Notes: a model not told the origin generated them from the sequence alone. A stretch of DNA of 64,000 bases from Somniosus microcephalus (GCA_052327205.1 CM126204.1:212970001-213034000); one strand, 5' to 3'; shown: positions 26,701 to 41,683, numbered from the stretch's first letter. Numbers and translations: made by a program.

Positions 26701-29700
26701 CAGGACAAACTGAGCATCTAGACACACCAATCACCAGATACACTGAGTGACTAGACATAGCAATCACCAGACATACTGAGTGTCTGGACAGAGCAATCAC
26801 CAGACATACTGAGTGTCTAGACATAGCAATCGCCAGACATACTGAGTGTCTGGACACAGCAATCACAAGACACACTGAGCGTCTAGACACAGCAATCACC
26901 AGACACACTGAGCATCTGGACACAGCAATCACTAGACACAGTGAGCGTCTAGACACAACAATCACCACAAACACTGAGCGTCAATAAAACAGCAATCACA
27001 AGACACACTGAGCATCTGGACACATCAATCACAAGACATGCTGAAAGTCTAGACACAGCAAACACAAGACACACTGAGCGTCTGGACACAGCAATCATAA
27101 GACACAGAGCGCCCAGACACAGCAATCACAAGACACACTGAGCCTTTAGACACATCAAACACAAGACAAAATGAGACTCTAGACATAGCAATCACCAGAC
27201 ACACTGAGTGTCTAGACACAGCAATCACAAGACACTCTGAGTGTCTAGACACAGCATTCAACAGACACACCGAGCATCAGGACAGTTCAATCACCAGACA
27301 AACTGAGTGTCTAGACACAGCAATCACCAGACAAAACTGAGTGCCTACACACAGCAATCACCAGACACACGGAGCGCCTGGACACAGCAATCACCAGACA
27401 CACTGAGTGTCTAGACACATCAATCACCAGACACACTGACTGTCCAGACATGGCAATGACAGGACTCACTGAGGGTCTAGACACAGCAATCATCTGACAC
27501 ACTCAGCATCTTGACACAGCAATCATCTGACACACTGAGCGCCTGGACACATCAATCACAAGACACACTGATTGTGTAGACACAGCAATGACAAGACACA
27601 CCAAGGGTCTAGACACAGCAATCACCAGACACACTGAGTGTCTAGACCACAACAATCACCAGACACACTGAGCGACTAGCCACAGCAATCACCTGACACA
27701 CTGAGTGTCCAGACACAGCAATCACCAGACACACTGAGTGTCCAGACACAGCAATCACCAGACACACTGAGCGATTAGCCACAGCAATCACCAGACACAA
27801 TGAGCATCTAGACACAGCAACCACCAGACACACTGAGTGTCTAGAAAACAGCAATCACAAGACACACTGAGCATCTGGACACAGCAATCACTAGACGCAC
27901 TGAGCGTCTAGACACAGCAATCACCTGACACACTAAGCGCCCGGACACAGCAATCAGCAGAAACACTGAGTGTCTAGACACAGCAATCACAAGGCACACT
28001 GAGCGTGTAGACAAAGCAATCACCAGACACACTCAGCATCTGGACACAGCAATAACCAGGCACACTGAGCTTCCAGACACAGCAATCACTGGACACACTG
28101 AGTGCCCAGACACAACAATCACCAGACACACTGAGCGTCTAGACGCAGCAATCACCACAGACATTGAGCATCTAGAAACAACAATCACCAGACACACCGA
28201 GCGTTTAGACACAGCAATCACCAGACACACTGAGCGTATAGACACAGCAATCACAATACACACTGAGCATCTAGACAGAACAATCACCAGACACACCGAG
28301 CATCTGGACAGATCGATCACAGGACACTATGAGTGTCTAGACACTGCAATCACCTGACATGCTGAGCGTCTGGACACAGCAATCACCAGACACACTGAGC
28401 ATCTAGACACAGCAATCAGCAGACACACCAGGCATCTAGACACAGCAATCACCAGACATACTGAGCGTCTGCACACAGCAATCACCTGACACATCGAACA
28501 TCTAGACACAGCAATCACAAGACACACTGAGTGTCTAGACACAGCAATCACCAGACAAACTTAGCATCTAGACACGGCAGCACAAGACACACTGAGCGTC
28601 TAGACACAGCAATGACAGGACACAATGAGTGTCAAGACACAGCAATCACCAGACACACTGAGCGTCTGGACACAGCAATCATCAGAAACACTGAGTGTCT
28701 AGGCACAGCAATCACAAGGCACATGAGTGTGTAGGCAAAGCAATCACCAGATACACCCTGCATCTGGACACAGCAATCACCAGGCACACTGAGCGCCTAG
28801 ACACAACAATCACCAGACACACTGAGCGTCTGGACACAGCAATCACCACAAACACTGAGCGTTCAAGAAACAGCAATCACAAGACACACTGAGAATCTAG
28901 ACACAGCAATCACCACATACACTGAGCGTCTAGACACAGCAATCACCAGACACACCGAGCGTCCAGGCACAGCAATCACCAGACACACTGCGCATATAGA
29001 CACAGCAATCACAATACACACTGAGCATCTAGACACAGCAATCACCAGACACACCGAGCATCTGGACAGATCAATCACAGGACACTATGAGTGTCTAGAC
29101 ACTGCAATCACCTGACACGCTGAGCGTCTGGACACAGCAATCACCAGACACACTGAGCATCTAGACACAGCAATCAGCAGACACACCGAGCGTCTGCACA
29201 CAGCAATCACCTGACACATCGAACATCTCGACACAGCAATCACAAGACACACTGAGCATCTAGACACAGCAATCATCTGACACACTGAACGTCTAGGCAC
29301 AGCAATGACAGGACACACTGAGCATCTAGACACAGCAATCACCAGATACAGTGAGTGTCTAGACCACAGCAATCACCAGACACACTGAGCATCTAGACAC
29401 TGCAATCACCAGACACACTGAGGATCTAGACACTGCAATCACCAGACACACTGAGCGTCTAGACATAGCAATCACCAGACATATTGAGTATCTGGACAGA
29501 GCAATCACCAGACATACTGAGCGTCTAGACATAGCAATCACCAGACATACTGAGTGTCTGGACAGAGCAATCACAAGACACACTGAGCATATGGACACAG
29601 CAATCGCCAGACACACCAAGTGTCTAGACACAACAATCACCAGACACACTGTGCGTCTGGACACAACAATCAGCAGCCACACTGAGCTTCTAGACACAGC

Positions 29701-32700
29701 AATCACCAGACACCTTGAGGTGCTAGACAGCAATCACAAGACACACTGTGCGTCTAAACACAGCAATCTCCAGACACACTGAGCTTCTGGACACAGCAAT
29801 CACAAGACACACCAAACATCTAGACACAGCAATCACCAGACACACTGAGCAGCTGGACACAGCAATTACAAGACACGCTGAAAGTCTAGACACAGCAATC
29901 ACAAGACAAACTGAGCGTCTGGACACAGCAATCAAAAGAGACAGAGCGTCTGGACACAGCAATCACAAAACACACTGAACATCTGGACATAGCAATCACC
30001 AAAGACACTGAGCGTCTAAACACAGCAATCACTAGACACAGTGAGCATCTAGACACAGCAATCACCAGACACACTGAGCGTATAGACACAGCAATCACAA
30101 TACACACTGAGCATCTAGACACAGCAATCACCAGACACACTGAGCATCTGGACAGATCAATCACAGGACACTATGAGTGTCTAGACACTGCAATCACCTG
30201 ACACACTGAGCGTCTGGACACAGCAATCACCAGACACACTGAGCATCTAGACACAGCAATGACAGGACAAACTGAGCATCTAGACACACCAATCACCAGG
30301 CACACTGAGTGTCTAGACAACAGCAATCACCAGACACACTGAGCATCTGGACACGGCAATCACCAGATACACTGAGCGACTAGACATAGCAATCACCAGA
30401 CATACTGAGTGTCTGGACAGAGCAATCATCAGACATACTGAGCGTCTAGACATAGCAATCGCCAGACATACTGAGTGTCTGGACACAGCAATCACAAGAC
30501 ACACTGAGCGTCTAGACACAGCAATCACCAGACACCTTGAGGTGCTAGACAGCAATCACAAGACACACTGTGTGTCTAGACACAGCAATCTCCAGACACA
30601 CTGAGCATCTGGACACAGCAATCACTAGACACAGTGAGCGTCTAGACACAACAATCACCACAAACACTGAGCGTCAAGAAACAGCAATCACAAGACACAC
30701 TGAGCATCTGGACACATCAATCACAAGACACACTGAGTGTCTAGACACAACAATCAACAGACACACTGAGCACCTAGACACAACAATCACCAGACACACC
30801 GACCATCTGGACAGATCGATCACAAGACACACTGAGCGTCTAGACACAGCAATCACCTCACACACAGCGCGTTTGGACACAGCAATCACTAGACTCACTG
30901 AGCATCTAAGCACAGCAATCACAAGACACACTGGCTGGCTGGACACAGCAATTACAAGACATGCTGAAAGTCTAGACACAGCAAACACAAGACACACTGA
31001 GCGTCTGCACACAGCAATCATAAGACACAGAGCGCCCAGACACAGCAATCACAAGACACACTGAACCTTTAGACACATCAAACACAAGACAAAATGAGAC
31101 TCTAGACATAGCAATCACCAGACACACTGAGCGTCTAGACACAGCAATCACAAGACACTGAGTGTCTAGACACAGCATTCAACAGACACACTGAGTGTCT
31201 AGACGCAGCAATCACCAGACACACCGAGCATCAGGACAGTTCAATCACCAGACAAACTGAGTCTCTAGACACAGCAATCACCAGACAAAACTGAGTGTCT
31301 ACACACAGCAATCACCAGACACACTGAGCGCCTAGACACAACAATCACCAGACACACGGAGCGCCTGGAGACAGCAATCACCAGACACACTGAGTGTCTA
31401 GACACATCAATCACAAGACACACTGACTGTCCAGACATGGCAATGACAGGACTCACTGAGGGTCTAGACACAGCAATCATCTGACACACTCAGCATCTAG
31501 ACACAGCAATCATCTGACACACTGAGCGCCTGGACACATCAATCACAAGACACACTGACTGTCTAGACACAGCAATGACAAGACACACCAAGGGTCTAGA
31601 CACAGCAATCACCAGACACACTGAGTGTCTAGACCACAACAATCACCAGACACACTGAGTGTCCAGACACAGCAATCACCAGACACAGCAATCACCAGAC
31701 ACACTGAGCATCTAGCCACAGCAATCACCAGACACACTGAGCGACTAGCCACAGCAATCACCTGACACACTGCGTGTCCAGACACAGCAATCACCAGACA
31801 CACTGAGTGTCCAGACACAGCAATCACCAGACACACTGAGTGTCCAGACACAGCAATCACCAGACACACTGAGCATCTAGCCACAGCAATCACCAGACAC
31901 ACTGAGCGACTAGCCACAGCAATCACCTGACACACTGAGTGTCCAGACACAGCAATCACCAGACACACTGAGCATCTAGCCACAGCAATCACCAGACACA
32001 CTGAGCGACTAGCCACAGCAATCACCTGACACACTGAGTGTCCAGACACAGCAATCACCAGACACACTGAGTGTCCAGACACAGCAATCACCAGACATAC
32101 TGAGCGATTAGCCACAGCAATCACCAGACACAATGAGCATCTAGACACAGCAACCACCAGACACACTGAGCGTCTAGAAAACAGCAATCACAAGACACAC
32201 TGAGCATCTGGACACAGCAATCACTAGACGCACTGAGCGTCTAGACACAGCAATCACCTGACACACTAAGCGCCCAGACACAGCAATCAGCAGAAACACT
32301 GAGTGTCTAGACACAGCAATCACTGGACACACTGAGTGCCCAGACACAACAATCACCAGACACACTGAGCGTCTAGACGCAGCAATCACCACAGACATTG
32401 AGCATCTAGAAACAGCAATCACCAGACACACCGAGCGTTTGGACACAGCAATCACCAGACACACTGAGCGTATAGACACAGCAATCACAATACACACTGA
32501 GCATCTAGACACAACAATCACCAGACACACCGACCATCTGGACAGATCGATCACAGGACACTATGAGTGTCTAGACACTGCAATCACCTGACATGCTGAG
32601 CGTCTGGACACAGCAATCACCAGACACACTGAGCATCTAGACACAGCAATCATAAGACACAGAGCGCCCAGACACAGCAATCACAAGACACACTGAGCCT

Positions 32701-35700
32701 TTAGACACATCAAACACAAGACAAAATGAGACTCTAGACATAGCAATCACCAGACACACTGAGCGTCTAGACACAGCAATCACAAGACACACTGAGTGTC
32801 TAGACACAGCATTCAACAGACACACTGAGTGTCCAGACGCAGCAATCACCAGACACACCGAGCATCAGGACAGTTCAATCACCAGACAAACTGAGTGTCT
32901 AGACACAGCAATCACCAGACAAAACTGAGTGTCTACACACAGCAATCACCAGACACACTGAGCGCCTAGACACAACAATCACCAGACACACGGAGCGCCT
33001 GGACACAGCAATCACCAGACACACTGAGTGTCTAGACACATCAATCACAAGACACACTGACTGTCCAGACATGGCAATGACAGGACTCACTGAGGGTCTA
33101 GACACAGCAATCATCTGACACACTCAGCATCTAGACACAGCAATCATCTGACACACTGAGCGCCTGGACACATCAATCACAAGACACACTGACTGTCTAG
33201 ACACAGCAATGACAAGACACACCAAGGGTCTAGACACAGCAATCACCAGACACACTGAGTGTCTAGACCACAACAATCACCAGACACACTGAGTGTCCAG
33301 ACACAGCAATCACCAGACACAGCAATCACCAGACACACTGAGCATCTAGCCACAGCAATCACCAGACACACTGAGCGACTAGCCACAGCAATCACCTGAC
33401 ACACTGCGTGTCCAGACACAGCAATCACCAGACACACTGAGTGTCCAGACACAGCAATCACCAGACACACTGAGTGTCCAGACACAGCAATCACCAGACA
33501 CACTGAGCGATTAGCCACAGCAATCACCAGACACACTGAGCATCTAGCCACAGCAATCACCAGACACACTGAGCGACTAGCCACAGCAATCACCTGACAC
33601 ACTGAGTGTCCAGACACAGCAATCACCAGACACACTGAGTGTCCAGACACAGCAATAACCAGACACACTGAGCGATTAGCCACAGCAATCACCAGACACG
33701 ATGAGCATCTAGACACAGCAACCACCAGACACACTGAGCGTCTAGAAAACAGCAATCACAAGACACACTGAGCATCTGGACACAGCAACCACTAGACGCA
33801 CGGAGCGTCTAGACACAGCAATCACCTGACACACTAAGCGCCCGGACACAGCAATCAGCAGAAACACTGAGTGTCTAGACACAGCAATCACAAGGCACAC
33901 TGAGCGTGTAGACAAAGCAATCACCAGACACACTCAGCATCTGGACACAGCAATACCCAGGCACACTGAGCTTCTAGACACAGCAATCACTAGACACACT
34001 GAGTGCCCAGACACAACAATCACCAGACACACTGAGCGTCTAGACGCAGCAATCACCACAGACATTGAGCATCTAGAAACAGCAATCACCAGACACACCG
34101 AGCGTTTAGACACAGCAATCACCAGACACACTGAGCGTATAGACACAGCAATCACAATACACACTGAGCATCTAGACACAACAATCACCAGACACACCGA
34201 CCATCTGGACAGATCGATCACAGGACACTATGAGTGTCTAGACACTGCAATCACCTGACATGCTGAGCGTCTGGACACAGCAATCACCAGACACACTGAG
34301 CATCTAGACACAGCAGTCATAAGACACAGAGCGCCCAGACACAGCAATCACAAGACACACTGAGCCTTTAGACACATCAAACACAAGACAAAATGAGACT
34401 CTAGACACAGCAATCATAAGACACAGAGCGCCCAGACACAGCAATCACAAGACACACTGAGCCTTTAGACACATCAAACACAAGACAAAATGAGACTCTA
34501 GACATAGCAATCACCAGACACACTGAGCGTCTAGACACAGCAATCACAAGACACACTGAGTGTCTAGACACAGCATTCAACAGACACACTGAGTGTCCAG
34601 ACGCAGCAATCACCAGACACACCGAGCATCAGGACAGTTCAATCACCAGACAAACTGAGTGTCTAGACACAGCAATCACCAGACAAAACTGAGTGTCTAC
34701 ACACAGCAATCACCAGACACACTGAGCGCCTAGACACAACAATCACCAGACACACGGAGCGCCTGGACACAGCAATCACCAGACACACTGAGTGTCTAGA
34801 CACATCAATCACAAGACACACTGACTGTCCAGACATGGCAATGACAGGACTCACTGAGGGTCTAGACACAGCAATCATCTGACACACTCAGCATCTAGAC
34901 ACAGCAATCATCTGACACACTGAGCGCCTGGACACATCAATCACAAGACACACTGACTGTCTAGACACAGCAATGACAAGACACACCAAGGGTCTAGACA
35001 CAGCAATCACCAGACACACTGAGTGTCTAGACCACAACAATCACCAGACACACTGAGTGTCCAGACACAGCAATCACCAGACACAGCAATCACCAGACAC
35101 ACTGAGCATCTAGCCACAGCAATCACCAGACACACTGAGCGACTAGCCACAGCAATCACCTGACACACTGCGTGTCCAGACACAGCAATCACCAGACACA
35201 CTGAGTGTCCAGACACAGCAATCACCAGACACACTGAGTGTCCAGACACAGCAATCACCAGACACACTGAGCGATTAGCCACAGCAATCACCAGACACAC
35301 TGAGCATCTAGCCACAGCAATCACCAGACACACTGAGCGACTAGCCACAGCAATCACCTGACACACTGAGTGTCCAGACACAGCAATCACCAGACACACT
35401 GAGTGTCCAGACACAGCAATAACCAGACACACTGAGCGATTAGCCACAGCAATCACCAGACACGATGAGCATCTAGACACAGCAACCACCAGACACACTG
35501 AGCGTCTAGAAAACAGCAATCACAAGACACACTGAGCATCTGGACACAGCAACCACTAGACGCACGGAGCGTCTAGACACAGCAATCACCTGACACACTA
35601 AGCGCCCGGACACAGCAATCAGCAGAAACACTGAGTGTCTAGACACAGCAATCACAAGGCACACTGAGCGTGTAGACAAAGCAATCACCAGACACACTCA

Positions 35701-38700
35701 GCATCTGGACACAGCAATACCCAGGCACACTGAGCTTCTAGACACAGCAATCACTAGACACACTGAGTGCCCAGACACAACAATCACCAGACACACTGAG
35801 CGTCTAGACGCAGCAATCACCACAGACATTGAGCATCTAGAAACAGCAATCACCAGACACACCGAGCGTTTAGACACAGCAATCACCAGACACACTGAGC
35901 GTATAGACACAGCAATCACAATACACACTGAGCATCTAGACACAACAATCACCAGACACACCGACCATCTGGACAGATCGATCACAGGACACTATGAGTG
36001 TCTAGACACTGCAATCACCTGACATGCTGAGCGTCTGGACACAGCAATCACCAGACACACTGAGCATCTAGACACAGCAGTCATAAGACACAGAGCGCCC
36101 AGACACAGCAATCACAAGACACACTGAGCCTTTAGACACATCAAACACAAGACAAAATGAGACTCTAGACATAGCAATCACCAGACACACTGAGCGTCTA
36201 GACACAGCAATCACAAGACACACTGAGTGTCTAGACACAGCATTCAACAGACACACTGAGTGTCTAGACACAGCAATCACCAGACAAAACTGAGTGTCTA
36301 CACACAGCAATCACCAGACACACTGAGCGTCTAGACACAACAATCACCAGACACACGGAGCGCCTGGACACAGCAATCACCAGACACACTGAGTGTCTAG
36401 ACACATCAATCACAAGACACACTGACTGTCCAGGCATGGCAATGACAGGACTCACTGAGGGTCTAGACACAGCAATCATCTGACACATTCAGCATCTAGA
36501 CACAGCAATCATCTGACACACTAAGCGCCTGGACACATCAATCACAAGACACACTGACTGTCTAGACACAGCAATGAAAAGGCACACCAAGGGTCTAGAC
36601 ACAGCAATCACCAGACACACTGAGTGTCTAGACCACAGCAATCACCAGACACACTGAGCGACTAGCCACAGCAATCACCAGACACACTGAGTGTCCAGAC
36701 ACAGCAATCACCAGACACACTGAGTGTCCAGACACAGCAATCACCAGACACACTGAGCATCTAGCCACAGCAATCACCAGACACACTGAGCGACTAGCCA
36801 CAGCAATCACCTGACACACTGAGTGTCCAGACACAGCAATCACCAGACACACTGAGTGTCCAGACACAGCAATCACCAGACACACTGAGCGATTAGCCAC
36901 AGCAATCACCAGACACAATGAGCATCTAGACACAGCAACCACCAGACACACTGAGCGTCTAGAAAACAGCAATCACAAGACACACTGAGCATCGGGACAC
37001 AGCAATCACTAGACGCACTGAGCGTCTAGACACAGCAATCACCTGGCACAATAAGCGCCCGGACACAGCAATCAGCAGAAACACTGAGTGCCTAGACACA
37101 GCAATCACAAGGCACACTGAGCGTGTAGACAAAGCAATCACCAGACACACTCAGCATCTGGACACAGCAATAACCAAGCACACTGAGCTTCTAGACACAG
37201 CAATCACCAGACACACTGAGTGCCCAGACACAACAATCACCAGACACACTGAGCGTCTAGACGCAGCAATCACCACAGACATTGAGCATCTAGAAACAGC
37301 AATCACCAGACACACCGAGCGTTTAGACACAGCAATCACCAGACACACCAAGCGTTTAGACACAGCAATCACCAGACACACTGAGCATCTAGACACAACA
37401 ATCACCAGACACACTGAGCATATAGACACAGCAATCACAATACACACTGAGCATCTGGACAGATCGATCACAGGGCACTATGAGTGTCTAGACACTGCAA
37501 TCACCTGACATGCTGAGCGTCTGGACACAGCAATCACCAGACACACTGAGCATCTAGACACAGCAATCAGCAGACACACCAGGCGTCTAGACACAGCAAT
37601 CACCAGACATACTGAGCATCTGCACACAGCAATCACCTGACACATCGAACATCTAGACACAGCAATCACAAGACACACTGAGTGTCTAGACACAGCAATG
37701 ACAGGACACACTGAGCATCTAGACACAGCAATCACCAGACATACTGAGCGTCTAGACCACAGCAATCACCAGACACACTGAGCATCTAGACACGGCAATC
37801 ACCAGACATACTGAGCATCTAGACATAGCAATCACCAGACATACTGAGTGTCTGGACAGAGCAATCACCAGACATACTGAGCGTCTAGACATAGCAAACA
37901 CCAGACATACTGAGTGCCTGGACACAGCAATCACAAGACACACTGAGCATCTAGACACAGCAATCACCAGACACCTGAGCATCTAGACACAGCAATCACC
38001 AGACATGCTAAGCGTCTGGACACAGCAATCGCCTGTCACATCGAACATCTAGACACAGCAATCACAAGACACACTGAACGTCTAGACACAGCAATGACAG
38101 GACACACTGAGCATCTAGACACAGCAATCACAAGACACACTGAGCGTCTAGACCACAGCAATCACCAGACACACTGAGCATCTAGACACTGCAATCACCA
38201 GACACACTAAGCATCTAGACATAGCAATCACCAGACACACTAAGCATCTAGACACAGCAATCACCAGACACCTGAGCGTCTAGACACAGCAATCACCAGA
38301 CACACTGAGCATCTGGACACAACAATCAGCAGCCACACTGAGCGTCTGGACACAACAATCAGCAGCCACACTGAGCATCTAGACACAGCAATCACCAGAC
38401 ACCTTGAGGTGCTAGACAGCAATCACAAGACAAACTGTGCGTCTAGACACAGCAATCTCCAGACACACTGAGCGTCTGGACACAACAATCACTAGACTCA
38501 ATGAGCATCTAGTCACAGCAATCACAAGACACACCAAACATCGAGACACAGCAATCACCAGACACACTGAGTGGCTGGACACAGCAATTACAAGACACGC
38601 TGAAAGTCTAGACACAGCAATCACAAGACACACTGAGCGTCTGGACACAGCAATCAAAAGATACAGAGCGTCTGGACACAGCAATCACAAAACACACTGA

Positions 38701-39585
38701 GCATCTGGACATAGCAATCACCAGACACACTGAGCGTCTAAACTCAGCAATCACTATACACAGTGAGCGTCTAGACACAGCAATCACCAGACACACTGAG
38801 CGTATAGACACTGCAATCACCTGAGACGCTGAGCATCTGGACACAGCAATCACCAGACACACCGAGCATCTGGAAAGATCAATCAGAGGACACTATGAGT
38901 GCCTAGACACTGCAATCACCTGAGACGCTGAGCGTCTAGACACAGCAATCACCAGACACACTGAGCCTTTGCACACAGCAATCACCTGACACATCGAACA
39001 TCTAGACACAGCAATCACAAGACACACTCAGCATCTAGACACAGCAATCACCAGACACACTGAGCGTCTTCACACAGCAATCACAAGATACACTGAGCGT
39101 CTAGACCACAGCAATCACTAGACACACTGAGCATCTAGACACTGCAATCACCAGACACACAGAGCGACTGGACATAGCAATCACCAGACATACTGAGTGT
39201 CTGCACAGAGCAATCACGAGACATACTGAGCGTCTAGACAAAGCAATCACCAGACACCTGAGTGTCTAGAAACAGCAATCACAAGACAGACTGAATGTCT
39301 AGACACGACAATCAGCAGCCACGCTGAGCTTCTAGACACAGCAATCACCAGACACCATGAGGTGCTAGACAGCAATCACAAGACACACTATGTGTCTAGA
39401 CACAGCAATCACAAGACACACTGAGCATCTGGACACATCAATCACAAGACACACAGTGTCTAGACACAGCAATCACAAGACACACTGAGCGCCTAGACAC
39501 TGCAATCACCGGACACACTGAGCGTTTGGACACAGCAATCACTAGACTCACTGAGCATCTAGGCACAGCAATCACAAGACACACC
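5797..39585 (+). repeat. 33-bp satellite array, main segment (~33.8 kb, about 1000 units) with higher-order duplications
   Basis: Uninterrupted A/C-rich monomers with recurrent 31-34 bp variants. Identical ORF-track peptides recur at offsets of 927, 758, 6169-6235, 3695 and 1764 bp. Confidence 0.98.
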
Positions 39586-39819
39586 TGTTGTGTATGTAAC
39601 CTGTTCCACCTTAAGAGAGCTTAAGCCTGTTCCACCTTAAGAGATGTACTACTTTCTCAGGCTGCTGTAGACGTAATACCGGGGGTGAACACACCGGTAT
39701 ATAAGCACTGTGCAGTAATCTTGTATTCAGTATAGTCCCTACCTCCAACCAGTAAAGACCTGTTTTTATTGTTACTCATTAGTCTGTTTTAATTAACTAA
39801 ATAATTCACAGACTTAACA
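39586..39819 (+). repeat. 5' LTR (234 bp)
   Basis: TGTTGTG...CTTAACA. Differs from the 3' LTR at one position by eye (A39741 vs G42123). Contains TATATAA and AGTAAA. Confidence 0.97.
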
Positions 39820-39820
39820 C

Positions 39821-39830
39821 TGGCGACGAG
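39821..39830 (+). promoter_or_regulatory. Primer-binding site, probably for tRNA-Ser(GCU)
   Basis: TGGCGACGAG lies 1 nt after the 5' LTR and is complementary to ...CUCGUCGCCA, the 3' end of vertebrate tRNA-Ser(GCU) as I recall it. Confidence 0.8.
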
Positions 39831-40237
39831 TCAGGTTCTTACCCTGCGGCAGTTATTCCACGGCGGTTGAAGAGAGGTTTCAAACCTCACCACTCACCAC
39901 CCCACTGGAAGTGACAGGCATTAGGACCCTGAAGCCTCCACCAGCTTGTGAACCGGAGTAGAAGACAGGACTGGGGAAGAGAGAGGTATAGGGCGATAGC
40001 GATCGGCAGATAAGGGCCGGGCCACTTTCAAGTGCGAGGCGCAGCCGGGCTATCGATCGCATCCGCTGATAAGGGCCACACTCGGGGGCTGAAGGGAGAC
40101 GGCGTCGGGGGACGGGTGAAGACCGCCAAGCGCGGGAAAACCGCCATTTTGTGGGCGGAGGACGACGGCAAGAGCGGGAAGCCGCCATCTTTGATAACAA
40201 GTAAAGAAAATAAAATCTGAGAAATTGCAAATCTACA

Positions 40238-41683
40238 ATGCCTAAACACGGGAATATTAGCACCTTTGATAGTGACCTCGAAGATTGGGCCATATATGTT
40301 GAAAGAGTAAAAAATTATTGTAAGGCCAATAAAATTCGTGACCAAGATAAAGCTCTAACATTATTAAATTTAATGGGTGCGAAGACATACGGGCAATTGA
40401 AACACCTGTTATCACCAGATGAACCGGCGGATAAGACGTTCGATGAGATTGTTACTGTCCTGAAAGATCATCTAAACCCCACGCCGCTGATGCTAGCGGA
40501 ACGATTTAAATTTTACGACAGAAGGCAGCTACAGCATGAAAGCAATGCTGAATATTTGCTGGAATTGCGTAAATTAGCGAAATATTGCCAGTTTGGAACG
40601 GGACTGTCAGATGCACTTCGAGACAAATTTGTGTGTGGTTTATTTAAACAGGATACACAAAAGCGACTGCTCGAGGAGAATGAGCTGACGCTTGAGAAGG
40701 CGGTCACTATGGCAGCAGCACACGAAGCCGCAGCGAGAGGCACGGCAGTAATGCAGCTACGGTCACCGGAGCTCAGTGCACACAAATTGGGTGTGAGTTC
40801 TGGCAAATGTTATCGTTGTGGAAAGACAACGCATGATCAGAACCAGTGTTGGTTTAAAAACCAAGAATGTAGAACTTGTGGTAGGCTTGGACATATAGCT
40901 AGAGTATGCAGGTCAGCGAAGAAGACCAGCAACAAGAAGTCACCGCAAGGGAAATACGCAAAGGTACACAAGGTGGCCGAACAGGAGTCCGATTCAGACG
41001 CAAGCAGTATTGAACTGGCTAGCTTAAGGGTACTCAACGTTGGTAAGGGTGCAGACCTCCAGACAATTTGGGTTACTCTTCAGATAGAAGGAGTCCAAGT
41101 AAAAATGGAATTGGACACTGGATCGGCATTGTCGGTCATGAATAAGAAAGATTACAGAAGGTTATTCCAACATATTCCCCTACAGGATACGGAGATTATA
41201 TTGACAACCTACACGGGGCAGAGAGTGTACCCCATCGGGACAATAAAGGTTGCAGTGGCCAACAAGGGCGAAGGAAGTCAAATAATGGACTTATATGTGC
41301 TACCGGAGGGAGGTCCACCACTACTAGGCCGGGAGTGGTTTAGAAACATAAATATGGACTGGCATTCGCTAAAAGCCATAAAGAGTGAGAACTCGGTGCA
41401 GATAATCAGCCCAGACTCTAGAACTGATGATGGTAAGACCAACCCATGTGCAAAAGACAAAGTTTCAGCACAGAATTCCACTGAGCAACAACAACATAGT
41501 TTAACAGAGAATTCTGAGTCTGTCAAGTCTACTGATATGCACATTCTTGAGGGACACTGGGCTCGAACTCAACTCCATTTCAAACTACAACAGCAATTAG
41601 AACAAATGATTCGCCGTTTTGAGCAAGAGATGAATGAAATAAAAAAGTTCTTTGTTACAGAGTGGGAGAATCTGGAAAAGTAA
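40238..41683 (+). CDS. gag-pro: Gag-aspartic protease polyprotein (481 aa)
   Basis: Gag core (W..Y.ER, ERFKFY.R.Q, LRDKFVCGL), two zinc knuckles (CYRCGKTTHDQNQC, CRTCGRLGHIARVC) and protease motifs LDTGS and LLGREW. The ORF is uninterrupted. Confidence 0.93.
   Translation: MPKHGNISTFDSDLEDWAIYVERVKNYCKANKIRDQDKALTLLNLMGAKTYGQLKHLLSPDEPADKTFDEIVTVLKDHLNPTPLMLAERFKFYDRRQLQHESNAEYLLELRKLAKYCQFGTGLSDALRDKFVCGLFKQDTQKRLLEENELTLEKAVTMAAAHEAAARGTAVMQLRSPELSAHKLGVSSGKCYRCGKTTHDQNQCWFKNQECRTCGRLGHIARVCRSAKKTSNKKSPQGKYAKVHKVAEQESDSDASSIELASLRVLNVGKGADLQTIWVTLQIEGVQVKMELDTGSALSVMNKKDYRRLFQHIPLQDTEIILTTYTGQRVYPIGTIKVAVANKGEGSQIMDLYVLPEGGPPLLGREWFRNINMDWHSLKAIKSENSVQIISPDSRTDDGKTNPCAKDKVSAQNSTEQQQHSLTENSESVKSTDMHILEGHWARTQLHFKLQQQLEQMIRRFEQEMNEIKKFFVTEWENLEK

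Noticed and set aside
5797-39585. CRISPR-like array (33-bp repeats)
   Set aside because: Units are head to tail with no unique spacers, there are no cas genes, and the context is eukaryotic.
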